Shown in pieces: positions 26,978 through 36,983 of a DNA stretch of 64,000 nucleotides. Made by a program: the position numbers and the translations under genes. Numbering within the stretch: the stretch's first letter is position 1; each line of letters begins with the position of its first letter. Where the stretch lies: the sequence record NC_047995.1. One strand, 5' to 3'. The notes below the pieces were generated by a model. The model was not told where the DNA came from. It did not search any database and worked only from the letters and a program-made list of their open reading frames with translations.

Positions 26978-27010
26978 GGCTTGTTTCTGTTGGTTACCCT
27001 GTGATACACT
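26965..27010 (+). promoter_or_regulatory. Phage promoter class A
   Basis: ATGGACAAAAT, then TGA-TACACT at +40; 19 bp identical to the copy at 41941. Confidence 0.75.
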
Positions 27011-27061
27011 GTTTATGAGCGCTTTAGCTCGTTTTATGACTAGACAGAAGGAAATAAGACA

Positions 27062-27364
27062 ATGTTCACAACTACAACCATCGCTAAGAAAGCAAGCTCC
27101 ATTCAGTCCGCCAACCGTGCGTTCGGCATTAGTGGTGTCACGCCGAGCAATCGTATCTCTTGTATCTGGCCAGGCGCTCTGGATATTCCTGCTGATATTA
27201 AACGTTGGTGCCGTGCAAACGAAATCACCAACGACCTTGACGCTTACATGCGTGTTCGTTTCAAGGGTCGCCGTGCAGACATTCTGAATTTGGTTGCTCG
27301 TCACCTTGCACCAAACAATCCTGACATGGCGGTTCGTATTCTTGCAACTATCACTGAGGCCTAA
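27062..27364 (+). CDS. Hypothetical protein (early-type)
   Basis: AAGGA SD; first gene after a promoter. Confidence 0.8.
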   Translation: MFTTTTIAKKASSIQSANRAFGISGVTPSNRISCIWPGALDIPADIKRWCRANEITNDLDAYMRVRFKGRRADILNLVARHLAPNNPDMAVRILATITEA

Positions 27365-27365
27365 A

Positions 27366-27629
27366 ATGAAAGTCCAATCTATGGAAGCTGTATATGGTGC
27401 TCAATACACCAACACTCCGAATACGGAGAAACGCGGCTTTCGTTCTATCGAATCGCAGTACGTCGATGGAACGGAGGTTAGATTACAACGTCTAGCACAT
27501 GATGTACATGAACGTGTGGTTGTGGGTTATGACCGTTTTGGTCGTCCTGTGTACGGAACACGCGTACCGCAATCAACGTTCGAAGTGCGTGACAGCAAGG
27601 AAAGCGAACCGAATAAGACGGCGCCCTAG
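27366..27629 (+). CDS. Hypothetical protein
   Basis: GAGG SD before ATG 27366. Confidence 0.6.
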   Translation: MKVQSMEAVYGAQYTNTPNTEKRGFRSIESQYVDGTEVRLQRLAHDVHERVVVGYDRFGRPVYGTRVPQSTFEVRDSKESEPNKTAP

Positions 27630-27704
27630 CAAGCTCACAACCAGAAGCCATAGAATAACAAACAATAAATTCATGCGCTGACCTAATCGTGGGGTGTCTT
27701 AAAA

Positions 27705-28082
27705 ATGATCGTTATATGTAATAGCTCAAAAGAATTTTCAGCCGATCGCTTGGCTCATGGTGACGCATTTGTTTTTGGGAAGACTCGCATGTTGTTACGT
27801 GCGGACTTCATCGTCCTGACCGACAAAAACAGTGTGATCACTGTAGTACGCAAATCTGATGTTGTCTGGGCTCCCGAGCTTACGGGCGCAACGCATGTGA
27901 TTAAAATCCGGGCGTTCGCCCAGATTAAGCCTTTTGAACTCAACGCAGCATGTCCGCAGTTTAACAGTCGTGTGTTTGGAACAATCGCGTTCCGTAACCC
28001 GCACTTCGAGCACCGTCTTGGTAGCTTGAAATATGTAGAGACAATCTTCGGAGGTTTACATGGCACGGTATCATGTGTTTAG
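27705..28082 (+). CDS. Hypothetical protein
   Basis: GGGG SD; ORF in array. Confidence 0.6.
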   Translation: MIVICNSSKEFSADRLAHGDAFVFGKTRMLLRADFIVLTDKNSVITVVRKSDVVWAPELTGATHVIKIRAFAQIKPFELNAACPQFNSRVFGTIAFRNPHFEHRLGSLKYVETIFGGLHGTVSCV

Positions 28083-28311
28083 TGCGACTCATAAATACTT
28101 TGGCGAAGCGTATGAAGGTACGTGGCTGAAAGAGATCACTCTCAACGGCCATCAAGTCCTCAGCGCCGAGTTCCCCAACTTCGAGGCAGCGAAAGAATGC
28201 GCCGACAAGTTGCATGATGTTTGCGATATAGGGTGGATCGTATATAACGCTTTCTCCGAACGCGCTATGTATGACACCCGTACTGAACAAGGCGAGTCTG
28301 TAAACAACTAA
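28060..28311 (+). CDS. Hypothetical protein
   Basis: GGAGG SD. Confidence 0.75.
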   Translation: MARYHVFSATHKYFGEAYEGTWLKEITLNGHQVLSAEFPNFEAAKECADKLHDVCDIGWIVYNAFSERAMYDTRTEQGESVNN

Positions 28312-28382
28312 CAGGCCCGCCTGTAAATCCCTAATCGTGATGCTTACGGGCTTCACACAAATCCATAATACGAGGCTTCAAA

Positions 28383-28892
28383 ATGAAATTCACTGCAATC
28401 GCTATCGCTCTGGTTATGTCTGCTTCCGCTTCTGCTGCCAACTTCGTGGCTCCTGCCCCTACTGCTGGCATGAAGTCTTCTGGCATGACTATCAGCGACA
28501 AGCTGGACGATAGCTGCAAGCAGAAACTCAATCAGGCGATTGACTTGCGTCACTCTGTGATTGACTTCGCTGTGTCGAAAGATGCTATCGACACTGTGGC
28601 TGCTTGGCCTCTGGTGTGTTCTCCTACAGTTGAGTCTGCGTCTGTCACTGTTGAGCGCATTGGTGCGGATATCACAATCACCTACGTCAACAAAGACAAG
28701 TCACTGGCCAACCTGAGCCTCGTATTGCAGCGCGTAGAGTCCACTACTGAGGACGATGCACCTGCGTATCAGGTTGTTCAGATCGGTGACCTGAATGCTA
28801 TGGGTTACTCTGAACAAAACGTTGTGAAAGAGTGGCTGCTCGATTGCTATGCGGCCACTGTGCAAGACAACATGGCGATGGCTAAGAACTAA
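28383..28892 (+). CDS. Secreted/periplasmic protein with Sec signal peptide
   Basis: MKFTAIAIALVMSASASA: K, hydrophobic core, AxA cleavage site. Confidence 0.8.
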   Translation: MKFTAIAIALVMSASASAANFVAPAPTAGMKSSGMTISDKLDDSCKQKLNQAIDLRHSVIDFAVSKDAIDTVAAWPLVCSPTVESASVTVERIGADITITYVNKDKSLANLSLVLQRVESTTEDDAPAYQVVQIGDLNAMGYSEQNVVKEWLLDCYAATVQDNMAMAKN

Positions 28893-29194
28893 TGACGCAA
28901 AAGAAACTTGCTGTCTTCCACTCGAAGAACAAGATGTTTAAGGCCATGTCCCAGAATGAAGATTGGCAAGTCTTCAAGGACATGCTGCTTAACTTGCGTC
29001 TGGCCGTTGCTGTTGACCCACGTCCTGATACTGCTGTGCGTCACTTGGCGCGTACTTGGTTTGACGAGGGTAAGTATCGCAACCCTACCTGTGATTCAGT
29101 GCTGATCAAGTTATCGGCATTGAAGAAAGCTAACCGCACTCTGGAAGAATTGATTGCGCTTTATATTGACATTGAGGAAGGAACTGAGAAATGA
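28892..29194 (+). CDS. Hypothetical protein
   Basis: TAATG coupling. Confidence 0.75.
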   Translation: MTQKKLAVFHSKNKMFKAMSQNEDWQVFKDMLLNLRLAVAVDPRPDTAVRHLARTWFDEGKYRNPTCDSVLIKLSALKKANRTLEELIALYIDIEEGTEK

Positions 29195-30405
29195 CCGAAG
29201 CTGAATTGAGTATCGACTACACCGTGAACGCAGCAAAAACTATCTTTGCCAACGGCACTGTGGAACAACGTGATGCGTTACGCACCATCGCCAACACTGT
29301 GCTGTCCGGCAAGGCTGCATTCGAATACGAAGAATGTGCGCTCGACACGGAAGCAACGTACCGTGTTCTGGAAGAAATCCAATTCTCTGGTGATGGCAGG
29401 CAGATGCTACCGTCAGATGAAATCGTATCTCTCGATAGCATTCTGCATAAGAAGTGGCGCGAAGCCTTCTTCGTTGCAGTTAAGAACATGGCACTGACCA
29501 TGCACTGCACGGACCCAGCTACTGCTGGTCAAGGCTACTGGCCGAAAGACCATCACAAGTGCGGTCTGCTTGTGCATCGCGCTTTCCTGTGGATGGTTTC
29601 ATCGCACGGTCTCCTCAGTCTGCTGTCAGAGAAGGCCGCGCATAAAGTAAGTCACACGCGTCTGCCTCAATTCATCGTAGCGTTTCAGGTAGCAGGCAAA
29701 GACGAAGGTCACGCTCGTCATTACACGATGTACCATCCAGAAGAAGATGCTGGTACTATCAATGTAAGCAACATTCTGCCTGACAGCTACAAAGAGCAAC
29801 TGATTGCTGAGTCTCGGGCGAACCGTCCTGAGGAGTATTATTCCGTACCGCACCTGTCGTTCGACGATTTGATTGAACTGTGTGAACGTCTGAACGTCAT
29901 TGGACCTAACTCCGCATCAACCTCCAAATGCAATTGTGAGATTGACGACGATTGTGATTGCGACGAAGACGACGATGAAGTTATGACCCGCGCCGACTTC
30001 GACCCTGACGAGATTGGCGATCTGCGTGATCACTTCTGGCAGAAGTTCGGCTACCCTGACGATGAACCTGATATGCCTGACGAAGATATCTGGATTCCGG
30101 GCGTGTCCCAAATGGAAGTGCAAGTCGATCTGCCTACCGTGCGTCTGGAAACGCAAAATCAAATCGCACCTCGTTCAGGCGGGAAGATGAAGTCCCGTGC
30201 CCAGAGACCTATGAGCAAGCGCCAGATGATTCTGCTATCTCCTGCTCAACAAATCTGGCATGAGCTGGACAATGAGAAAGAGTTCGGTGATCGTAGCTTC
30301 GCTATCACTCTCGTTTCTCGCTCGACCTGTGGCGTTAGTCGCGCAGTCGCTACTACCCGTGAAGCGCTCGCAATTGCTACCGCACTGATGGACGTAAGCA
30401 AATAA
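29191..30405 (+). CDS. Hypothetical protein with Cys/Asp-rich linker
   Basis: 404 aa; CNCEIDDDCDCDEDDD segment. Confidence 0.8.
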   Translation: MTEAELSIDYTVNAAKTIFANGTVEQRDALRTIANTVLSGKAAFEYEECALDTEATYRVLEEIQFSGDGRQMLPSDEIVSLDSILHKKWREAFFVAVKNMALTMHCTDPATAGQGYWPKDHHKCGLLVHRAFLWMVSSHGLLSLLSEKAAHKVSHTRLPQFIVAFQVAGKDEGHARHYTMYHPEEDAGTINVSNILPDSYKEQLIAESRANRPEEYYSVPHLSFDDLIELCERLNVIGPNSASTSKCNCEIDDDCDCDEDDDEVMTRADFDPDEIGDLRDHFWQKFGYPDDEPDMPDEDIWIPGVSQMEVQVDLPTVRLETQNQIAPRSGGKMKSRAQRPMSKRQMILLSPAQQIWHELDNEKEFGDRSFAITLVSRSTCGVSRAVATTREALAIATALMDVSK

Positions 30406-30450
30406 CTGGTCAGAATAGCGCTTCTTCGTGAGGCGCTTCTATGATATAAT
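30406..30450 (+). promoter_or_regulatory. Phage promoter class A
   Basis: CTGGTCAGAAT, then TGA-TATAAT at +39. Confidence 0.8.
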
Positions 30451-30518
30451 CATAGATAGAGCAATGTCGCTCTCAACGTTGTATCAACCATACGTTTAAA
30501 CACGGGAACTGTCATAAT

Positions 30519-30821
30519 ATGTCACGCACTATTTCACGCAAGAAAGCACTCGACCTGATGGCCAAAACTTACAACGCCAAGCATCCTGAATATCTGCCGC
30601 GTCTGATGGCCGAAGATATGGATTCAACGAACCTGTTTGAGTTCCGCGAAATGGTTGTTGAAAAGATTCGTGCTGGCGAAGACCCAGCGAAGGTAGTTGA
30701 CGATATGATCGACACTGCTATTCGTGTGACTCTGGTTCGCCGTCGCACCAGTAACGATTACAACCCGAAAATCTCTGATGTACTGACCAATGAAATGCGT
30801 GACCTGCTTCGTAACCTATAA
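30519..30821 (+). CDS. Hypothetical helical protein (early-type)
   Basis: First gene after a promoter. Confidence 0.8.
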   Translation: MSRTISRKKALDLMAKTYNAKHPEYLPRLMAEDMDSTNLFEFREMVVEKIRAGEDPAKVVDDMIDTAIRVTLVRRRTSNDYNPKISDVLTNEMRDLLRNL

Positions 30822-30829
30822 GGAATAAA

Positions 30830-31381
30830 ATGAAAAGCTACGGTTACTTCTACATGATGAACCACATCGCAATGGCCGTAGACGCACCCAACAAGGACGT
30901 TGGGTTTAAAGCTCTGGTCGAACTGGACATGTTCAACCGCGCGTCTATCTTCACTCGCCCTGATGCCGAGCCTCGTGCTGCTCAACTCGTCAAAGACCTG
31001 ACGGCATCGCTCTACCCTGTCGGTGATTCGCACCCGACCATCGAACAACGCATGATGCTTGTTCAAGCTCTGCATGACCAAGAGCTGGAAAAGATTGTAG
31101 GTACGATTCGTTTCTTCGTGCCGTTCGCATACACGAAAGAAGTGTTGTGCGACACGTTCGGCTTTTTCGACAACGGCGATACGTTAAGCATTCCGTATTT
31201 CCTGCGTCACCACTTCATGGAAGACCAAGCCGTCTTCTGCGAAGGCAAACTGACCAGCTTCGCGTATTCATGCTCGCATGGCGAAGTGTCGCAGACTGCT
31301 CGACAGTACGGTCTGTTCCCTGCATACGCTTACGGTAAGAATGACATACCTGAGCAATTCAAGCATCTGCCTCTGTTTTAG
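30830..31381 (+). CDS. Hypothetical protein
   Basis: AAGGA SD. Confidence 0.8.
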   Translation: MKSYGYFYMMNHIAMAVDAPNKDVGFKALVELDMFNRASIFTRPDAEPRAAQLVKDLTASLYPVGDSHPTIEQRMMLVQALHDQELEKIVGTIRFFVPFAYTKEVLCDTFGFFDNGDTLSIPYFLRHHFMEDQAVFCEGKLTSFAYSCSHGEVSQTARQYGLFPAYAYGKNDIPEQFKHLPLF

Positions 31382-31390
31382 GAGCTTCTC

Positions 31391-31852
31391 ATGGGAGTAG
31401 TTAAAGGCATAACCGCTACCACGTTCCCTTCGAGGGGACGTGACGAGGGCCAGAAGATTGCTCTCAAAACTCGCTGGGGTATCTTCCCAGCAACTATCGT
31501 GCGTCAAGACAACGATCATCCCTTCAATGAAGTCTGGAAGATTGACGCAAAGAATCTTCCTCGTCGTTACTTCGCCTCGACTGATGACCTGTACGTGTCT
31601 CGTCAGTATGTGGACGACTTTCAGAAGCGCTCTCCTATCTGCGCTAAAGGCGAAGACGAAGGTCAGTTCGTTGATGTTGTGTTCGACCACGACACGCAGA
31701 ATAAATGCGAAGGCGTTGTTATGACGCATCGTGACTTGCTCGTGGTGATTCTGCTAACGACAGGCCCTCATGAAGGACGCTACGTTACCAGCACTGAATG
31801 TCAGTACGCTACGAAGCCGCGTAAGGTTAAGGAGCTGATTGATGAAGACTGA
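31391..31852 (+). CDS. Hypothetical protein (possible tandem SH3-like beta domains)
   Basis: AGGAG SD; two beta-rich halves. Confidence 0.75.
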   Translation: MGVVKGITATTFPSRGRDEGQKIALKTRWGIFPATIVRQDNDHPFNEVWKIDAKNLPRRYFASTDDLYVSRQYVDDFQKRSPICAKGEDEGQFVDVVFDHDTQNKCEGVVMTHRDLLVVILLTTGPHEGRYVTSTECQYATKPRKVKELIDED

Positions 31853-32123
31853 TAAAGGTAATTTCCTTGAGCGCTTGAAGTCAGGCGAAACTTTTTACAT
31901 GAACGTTAGTGGTAAGAAGAAAGGCCAACCGCGTCAAGGTGTTTCGCTTGGTCATGACGCTCACTACAAAGACCTGATGATGGCTGTCGGTGGCGTTGCG
32001 TTCACGCACGGTTATAAGAACGTTCAGGTATCATTCAGCCGCAACATCATGGCAGACGCTGACGGTGTTGTGGTATTTCGTGTTAAACAATCAATCACTG
32101 TTAAAGAAGAAAGGACGTACTAA
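31842..32123 (+). CDS. Hypothetical protein
   Basis: AAGGAG SD. Confidence 0.75.
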   Translation: MKTDKGNFLERLKSGETFYMNVSGKKKGQPRQGVSLGHDAHYKDLMMAVGGVAFTHGYKNVQVSFSRNIMADADGVVVFRVKQSITVKEERTY

Positions 32124-32659
32124 TGCAATTCTTAATCAAGCCAGAAGATCGTTTCCCTAACTTCATTCCTCCAGCTCGCGCTACTGCGAAAGCTGCTGGC
32201 TTCGACCTGTTCGCTCAGGAAGATATGATCATCACGGGCGACACTGTGCTGTTCGATCTGGGCTTCCGCACCAAAGTGCCGAAAGACCACGTTGCTATCA
32301 TCTTCCCTCGTAGCGGTCTGGGTGCTAAGTTCCAGGCGCAGTTGTCGAATACAAACGGCATCATCGACGAAGACTACACGGGCATCTGGATGGCTGCTCT
32401 GCATCTCGGCGGTAAAGGCACTCAGGTGCAGCAACTCGATTGGTTGAGCGCTGCCTACGAGCAATCAAGCCACAAAGAAATTCCTGACATTGATGACGAT
32501 GAAGATCAGAAAGCGTTGTTGATCAAACGTGGCGAAGCGTTCGCACAAGTGCTGTTCTTCCCTGTGCCTGACGTTGAAGTCGTTATCACGCACGAAGAAC
32601 TGCCTGAAACTGAACGCGGCGAGGGTGGCTTCGGTCATACCACACCGACACGTGGCTAA
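32123..32659 (+). CDS. dut: dUTP diphosphatase (trimeric dUTPase)
   Basis: AAGFDL, RSGLG, GIIDEDYTG, AQVLF and RGEGGFGHT (motifs I-V). Confidence 0.95.
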   Translation: MQFLIKPEDRFPNFIPPARATAKAAGFDLFAQEDMIITGDTVLFDLGFRTKVPKDHVAIIFPRSGLGAKFQAQLSNTNGIIDEDYTGIWMAALHLGGKGTQVQQLDWLSAAYEQSSHKEIPDIDDDEDQKALLIKRGEAFAQVLFFPVPDVEVVITHEELPETERGEGGFGHTTPTRG

Positions 32660-32870
32660 CGTCTTCCTCATTCTGTTCTGCGCCTACTACGCTGTAGGCG
32701 TAATCGTCCTCATCCGTGACCTGAACAACTTCTCCGAAGATTCGGAAATGGTTAAGCGGTTCACGGAGGAACTCAAGTGCAAGTCTGATATAGCGCTTGC
32801 ATGGGACGCACTCAAGGCATCACTGTTCTTGGTATTCATTCACATTCCGTGCTGGATACTCCGCGTATAG
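32652..32870 (+). CDS. Small membrane protein
   Basis: Two hydrophobic segments; GTG start inferred. Confidence 0.55.
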   Translation: MANVFLILFCAYYAVGVIVLIRDLNNFSEDSEMVKRFTEELKCKSDIALAWDALKASLFLVFIHIPCWILRV

Positions 32871-32928
32871 TGATATCGTTCACACGAGGGGCCTTACGTG
32901 GGCTCCTCATTATCGTAATATAAATGCT

Positions 32929-33243
32929 ATGGGAAAGAAAACTTATCTGCTACCAAGCGAACGCCCTAGCCCTCTGCCGAACTTACGTGCCTACCTCGCG
33001 TATCTCGCCCGGAAGCCTAATGCTAACCGCGACGTGCTAGAAACGTACTGCAATCAGAGTTTGGCTCAGATGCGCCGCGAACGGTTCTTTGTCGGTAAGC
33101 TCTTTGCCTATAAAGTGTATACGAAAACGAACAAGCTCGCATACACGGTTGTCTGGATTGACCCTTACAACTATGACTGCCTTGTTCTCAACCACCAAAG
33201 GAGATGTGTAGAGTTTAAAAACTTATACGGCCTGCTATTATAG
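32929..33243 (+). CDS. Hypothetical protein
   Basis: ORF after a hairpin; start inferred at ATG 32929. Confidence 0.55.
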   Translation: MGKKTYLLPSERPSPLPNLRAYLAYLARKPNANRDVLETYCNQSLAQMRRERFFVGKLFAYKVYTKTNKLAYTVVWIDPYNYDCLVLNHQRRCVEFKNLYGLLL

Positions 33244-33281
33244 TTGGGTCCTAGCGCCTTCACACTAGGGGAATTATTCCG

Positions 33282-33962
33282 ATGATAACTGTTATTAACA
33301 ATCGTACCGACGAGGTAATGAAACGCCTGAACGTAGCTGTATGGGTTTGTGTTGCTCTTGCTTTCGCTGTCTTAATAGCGCTACGCATTACGCCTGCAAT
33401 CGCCAGTATGTCTACAGGCCCTGACAACGCCATTGATGTATCTTCCGCCGTGTCACTCGATCCCTCCAATCGCGTGGCAAACAAATACAAGGAGATAGAA
33501 AAGGCAGTAGCAGTCAAAGAAGAACGAAGGCAAAAACGCTCGGTAACCAAAGAGCGCCTCCGACAACTCTATGCGCACTTGCCTCACCCGACAGACTTAG
33601 GCAAGCAGATTGATTTGGCCGCAGAGAAGTATAGTGTAGACGCGAAATTGCTTCTCTCTATCTGCGTCTCCGAGTCGCATCTTCGTGCAAAGGTTAGGAA
33701 CAAGTCTGGAGCTACAGGTCTGTGTCAAATCATGCCTGATATGCACGGACGTTCTGTGCGGGAACTTATGGACTACCGAGTCAATCTTGATCAGGCAGCC
33801 CAGATTGTTGCGTTACTAAACAAGCAGTGTAAGGGACGACGCGCCTGCGTCATTCAAAGTTACAACACTGGTTGGGGAGCATATTTGAAGGGGGTACGTG
33901 CCCCGCAATATTTAGCGAAAGTTCAGACAGAGTATCGCCGCAAGCATACTCCTTCTTCCTAA
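33282..33962 (+). CDS. Membrane-anchored soluble lytic transglycosylase (SLT domain)
   Basis: N-terminal TM; A.KY.VD..LL.SI...ES (catalytic Glu), GATGLCQIMP, ..SYNTG. Confidence 0.9.
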   Translation: MITVINNRTDEVMKRLNVAVWVCVALAFAVLIALRITPAIASMSTGPDNAIDVSSAVSLDPSNRVANKYKEIEKAVAVKEERRQKRSVTKERLRQLYAHLPHPTDLGKQIDLAAEKYSVDAKLLLSICVSESHLRAKVRNKSGATGLCQIMPDMHGRSVRELMDYRVNLDQAAQIVALLNKQCKGRRACVIQSYNTGWGAYLKGVRAPQYLAKVQTEYRRKHTPSS

Positions 33963-33976
33963 TAGAGGATATAATA

Positions 33977-34660
33977 ATGAGCATCAATATCACCACACTG
34001 TACAAAATGCAATTCCAGTTGTTGAAGCCACTGTCTCCGCGTCAGGAGTATGCGCTCGTCGTGCTATTCAAAGATGACCTGTGTGATGGTGACGTTGCAG
34101 CACTGGCAGAACTGATCGTCCGCGACTATCCGCATGTGGCTCGTCTGTATGACGCGTTCGCTGCGGCCAATCAATACGAAAACGCTGTACCGTTCATCGT
34201 ACCTGTGCTGAACTCAGAAGAAGTGACCGAAGAGATCTTCTGCCTGATTGACCACGCACTCGTCGTTGCTCCTGAACTGCGCCAGCTTCTGAATCAGGCT
34301 CTGCATAATGTGATTATTATGCGTGAGACTCCTGAAGAATTGCTTTTCCGTGAAGGCGCCGAGCTTCTTCTGTGTGAAGATGCAATGTCCCACCTTCTCG
34401 GACAGTTTGTTGACTGTATGCTCGACGCATATAACTGCGGTGTGTTACCGATGGTCGTGCGTCCTACGAAAGAACAGCAAGCTATGCGTAATGAACGCCT
34501 GCTGTCATTCGAGATGTTACGTGACGGCAACATGTTCTCTGGGAATCTGGACTTCGCTAATGCCCTACAGCCAAGTGAACGCGCTCGAATCATTGCTCAA
34601 CAGTTGTTGATTCGCATTCGCCACAACGCGGCTAAAGGCTTCAATGCAGTAGCACAATAA
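33977..34660 (+). CDS. Hypothetical helical protein
   Basis: GAGGA SD before ATG 33977. Confidence 0.8.
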   Translation: MSINITTLYKMQFQLLKPLSPRQEYALVVLFKDDLCDGDVAALAELIVRDYPHVARLYDAFAAANQYENAVPFIVPVLNSEEVTEEIFCLIDHALVVAPELRQLLNQALHNVIIMRETPEELLFREGAELLLCEDAMSHLLGQFVDCMLDAYNCGVLPMVVRPTKEQQAMRNERLLSFEMLRDGNMFSGNLDFANALQPSERARIIAQQLLIRIRHNAAKGFNAVAQ

Positions 34661-34665
34661 AACTC

Positions 34666-34697
34666 AACGGGAGACCTTAACTGGTTTCCCGTTTTTC
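34666..34697 (+). terminator. Rho-independent terminator
   Basis: aacgggagacc...ggtttcccgtt followed by tttc. Confidence 0.7.
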
Positions 34698-34727
34698 ATT
34701 TCTGCGCAAATTTTAAGGACTACACAA

Positions 34728-35669
34728 ATGACTAAAATGGTTGCACTGCCTTTCGCTTCTTCTGAACAACGCAATCGCTTCTTCGATCAACGCGTAGGTG
34801 ACCTCAAACTTAACGCCGTCTGGAACTACGTTGTATCAAACAACAATCCGAACTGGAAAGGCGATCCTCTGCTGCACCACATGCACTACCATTCGACCGA
34901 GCATATGAAGCAGGTAACTGCTCTGGCTCTCTGGTTGCTGGATAAAGAAGCACAACAGCCGTGGCAATACGATACTGGAGCCTTGCCTCTTGCTGTGGCC
35001 TGTATGTTCCACGACATGGACCACTCACTTGGTCGCCTCAACGATGAAAGTAATATTCGTCTGGCGCAAGAGGCTTTCAAGAAGTATCTGACCGTGTGTG
35101 AAGATGAACGTATTAAAGATCACGAAGCAATCATCCTAGACCTGATTGACATTACGCGCTTCCCGTACATGAAGAACCGTCAGCCGAAGAATCTGATTGA
35201 GCGTTGCATTCGTGATGCGGACATTCTCTACGGCATGCAGGATGATGCACTGGACGTAGTGTTGTTCTCGTTGCGCCGCGAAGTAAATCGTAGTGTAAAT
35301 GAAAACGTGTATTTCCAGGCAGACCAGTGGGCACAAGGCCGTGTTGACTTCATTCGCAGTGTTGAAATTTACTGCCCGTCTGCTGACGCACTGATGGAAT
35401 GGCTACTGGCGGAAGACAACGACCACAACCATCAAGATAAGATTGACGACTGGATGCGTCACGAAGTCAGTTTCCGAGACACGTCCGCGCATAAACTCAA
35501 AGCCAATGACGTGCTGTTCATCGACACGCAGGAAGACAGCACACCGAAGCGCCGTCTGATTGAACGTGTCGAAACAGTTCACCCGTATCTCAATATCTAC
35601 TTTGATGGCGGTGAAGCTATCTCGCTACGTGATGGTGAGAGTTGTGTGGTTGTGGAACGTCGCAAATAA
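34728..35669 (+). CDS. HD-domain metal-dependent phosphohydrolase
   Basis: YHSTEH...MFHDMDH...IRDADI gives the H...HD...D signature. Confidence 0.85.
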   Translation: MTKMVALPFASSEQRNRFFDQRVGDLKLNAVWNYVVSNNNPNWKGDPLLHHMHYHSTEHMKQVTALALWLLDKEAQQPWQYDTGALPLAVACMFHDMDHSLGRLNDESNIRLAQEAFKKYLTVCEDERIKDHEAIILDLIDITRFPYMKNRQPKNLIERCIRDADILYGMQDDALDVVLFSLRREVNRSVNENVYFQADQWAQGRVDFIRSVEIYCPSADALMEWLLAEDNDHNHQDKIDDWMRHEVSFRDTSAHKLKANDVLFIDTQEDSTPKRRLIERVETVHPYLNIYFDGGEAISLRDGESCVVVERRK

Positions 35670-35713
35670 TAGGCTGAAATAGGCATGTACTGACTAGGTG
35701 CCTGTGATATACT
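35670..35713 (+). promoter_or_regulatory. Phage promoter class A
   Basis: TAGGCTGAAAT, then TGA-TATACT at +38. Confidence 0.75.
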
Positions 35714-35745
35714 ACGCATAGGCACACATACTAGAGAGAACTCGA

Positions 35746-36438
35746 ATGATACACGTAAAGCGTCTGCCCCTGAGCGCCGACACCAATTTCTTTGCGATTA
35801 ACGGAATCGTAATACCGATGGCATTCTACTACATGGACGTTACCATACACTCGGCAGAGCGTGGTGACCGTGAGATAAAAATTGGTGTGCGTATGAATCC
35901 ACATGTTGCCCGCGAGTCTTACCTGCGTGGGGTAGACTACAGAACGTATATCCCAGTGCTCGCTTGTCATCCAGAGTCCGACGTTGAGTTTTATACGGAG
36001 CTGGGCTACATTGATGTTAACAGCCGATTCCTTGACATGCACCACCAGAAGCGTTCGCACTTGGCGTATCTTGGTGTGCTGCCAGATGTTGCCGAGTCGG
36101 ATGTGCGGGACTTACGGTATGTAACACCTATTGAGGTATATCAAAAGCAACTGCCTGTACGTTCGGCGCCTTTTGCCAAAGTCTATGGTGCTGTAATACG
36201 TACGGACTACCTGCGCACTTCCGCACTCAATAAAATTGATGATGAAATGTGGGAAGCGTTGCGTACCGTAGATTATCCTAAAGGTATCTCGTGGTCCCGT
36301 TTCTTAGATGAAGCAACGTCAGGCCGCTTCACGCCGCACTATGACCTGTCTAACTGCTTGGAGGCATTCGACCAAGAGTACATGCCTGAGCATATCTTTA
36401 AACGCATTCGTCTGGCCCAGCTCGACAAACGAGGTTAA
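35746..36438 (+). CDS. Hypothetical protein
   Basis: First gene after a promoter; more rare codons than its neighbours. Confidence 0.7.
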   Translation: MIHVKRLPLSADTNFFAINGIVIPMAFYYMDVTIHSAERGDREIKIGVRMNPHVARESYLRGVDYRTYIPVLACHPESDVEFYTELGYIDVNSRFLDMHHQKRSHLAYLGVLPDVAESDVRDLRYVTPIEVYQKQLPVRSAPFAKVYGAVIRTDYLRTSALNKIDDEMWEALRTVDYPKGISWSRFLDEATSGRFTPHYDLSNCLEAFDQEYMPEHIFKRIRLAQLDKRG

Positions 36439-36440
36439 TC

Positions 36441-36671
36441 ATGCTGCACGAAATGTATAAGGTAAGTGCTATCCTGTTCTACACGCTAGGCGCTATGGCT
36501 TTCCTTGCACATATCGTAGGCTTCATGAAGAACTGGATGAAAATTCAGGAGATGCGCCAGAAGGCAAAAGCGAAAGCCGCTAAGGTGCGCTCTCCTGTGC
36601 AGGACATTAAACGCCGTCTGCGTAAAGCAGAAGAACGCGCACGGCACCGCCCACGTAAATTGAGAGACTAA
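36441..36671 (+). CDS. Membrane-anchored basic protein
   Basis: N-terminal TM followed by a K/R-rich tail; GAGG SD. Confidence 0.7.
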   Translation: MLHEMYKVSAILFYTLGAMAFLAHIVGFMKNWMKIQEMRQKAKAKAAKVRSPVQDIKRRLRKAEERARHRPRKLRD

Positions 36672-36673
36672 TC

Positions 36674-36982
36674 ATGGCTGAATTAACACACGACGCTAAA
36701 CTGGCAAACAAAGTACAACGTGCTTTGGAAATCTGCTGGGAAGAAACAACGAAGCGCAATGAAGGCGAACATACCTATGCGTTCCTCGCGTCAGAGTTCG
36801 CTGCTAACGGTAAGAACCTGTTCGAAGGCGAACTGAAAATGCTGAACGTCATGCTGCGTGACGCCGTTAACATCAACATGTACGGCCGTTACGTTGCAAC
36901 CATGTACACAGGTAACAAGGGCATCATGGTTGCGTTCCAGCCTGTTGCTGATCTGGAAGATATCATCGAAATGAGGTTCTAG
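36674..36982 (+). CDS. Hypothetical protein
   Basis: ORF in tightly packed array. Confidence 0.8.
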   Translation: MAELTHDAKLANKVQRALEICWEETTKRNEGEHTYAFLASEFAANGKNLFEGELKMLNVMLRDAVNINMYGRYVATMYTGNKGIMVAFQPVADLEDIIEMRF

Positions 36983-36983
36983 C

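Noticed and set aside
35746-36438. Possible foreign or mobile gene (rare codons)
   Set aside because: No flanking repeats or recognisable nuclease motifs, and it sits behind a normal class A promoter; the evidence is too thin to call.
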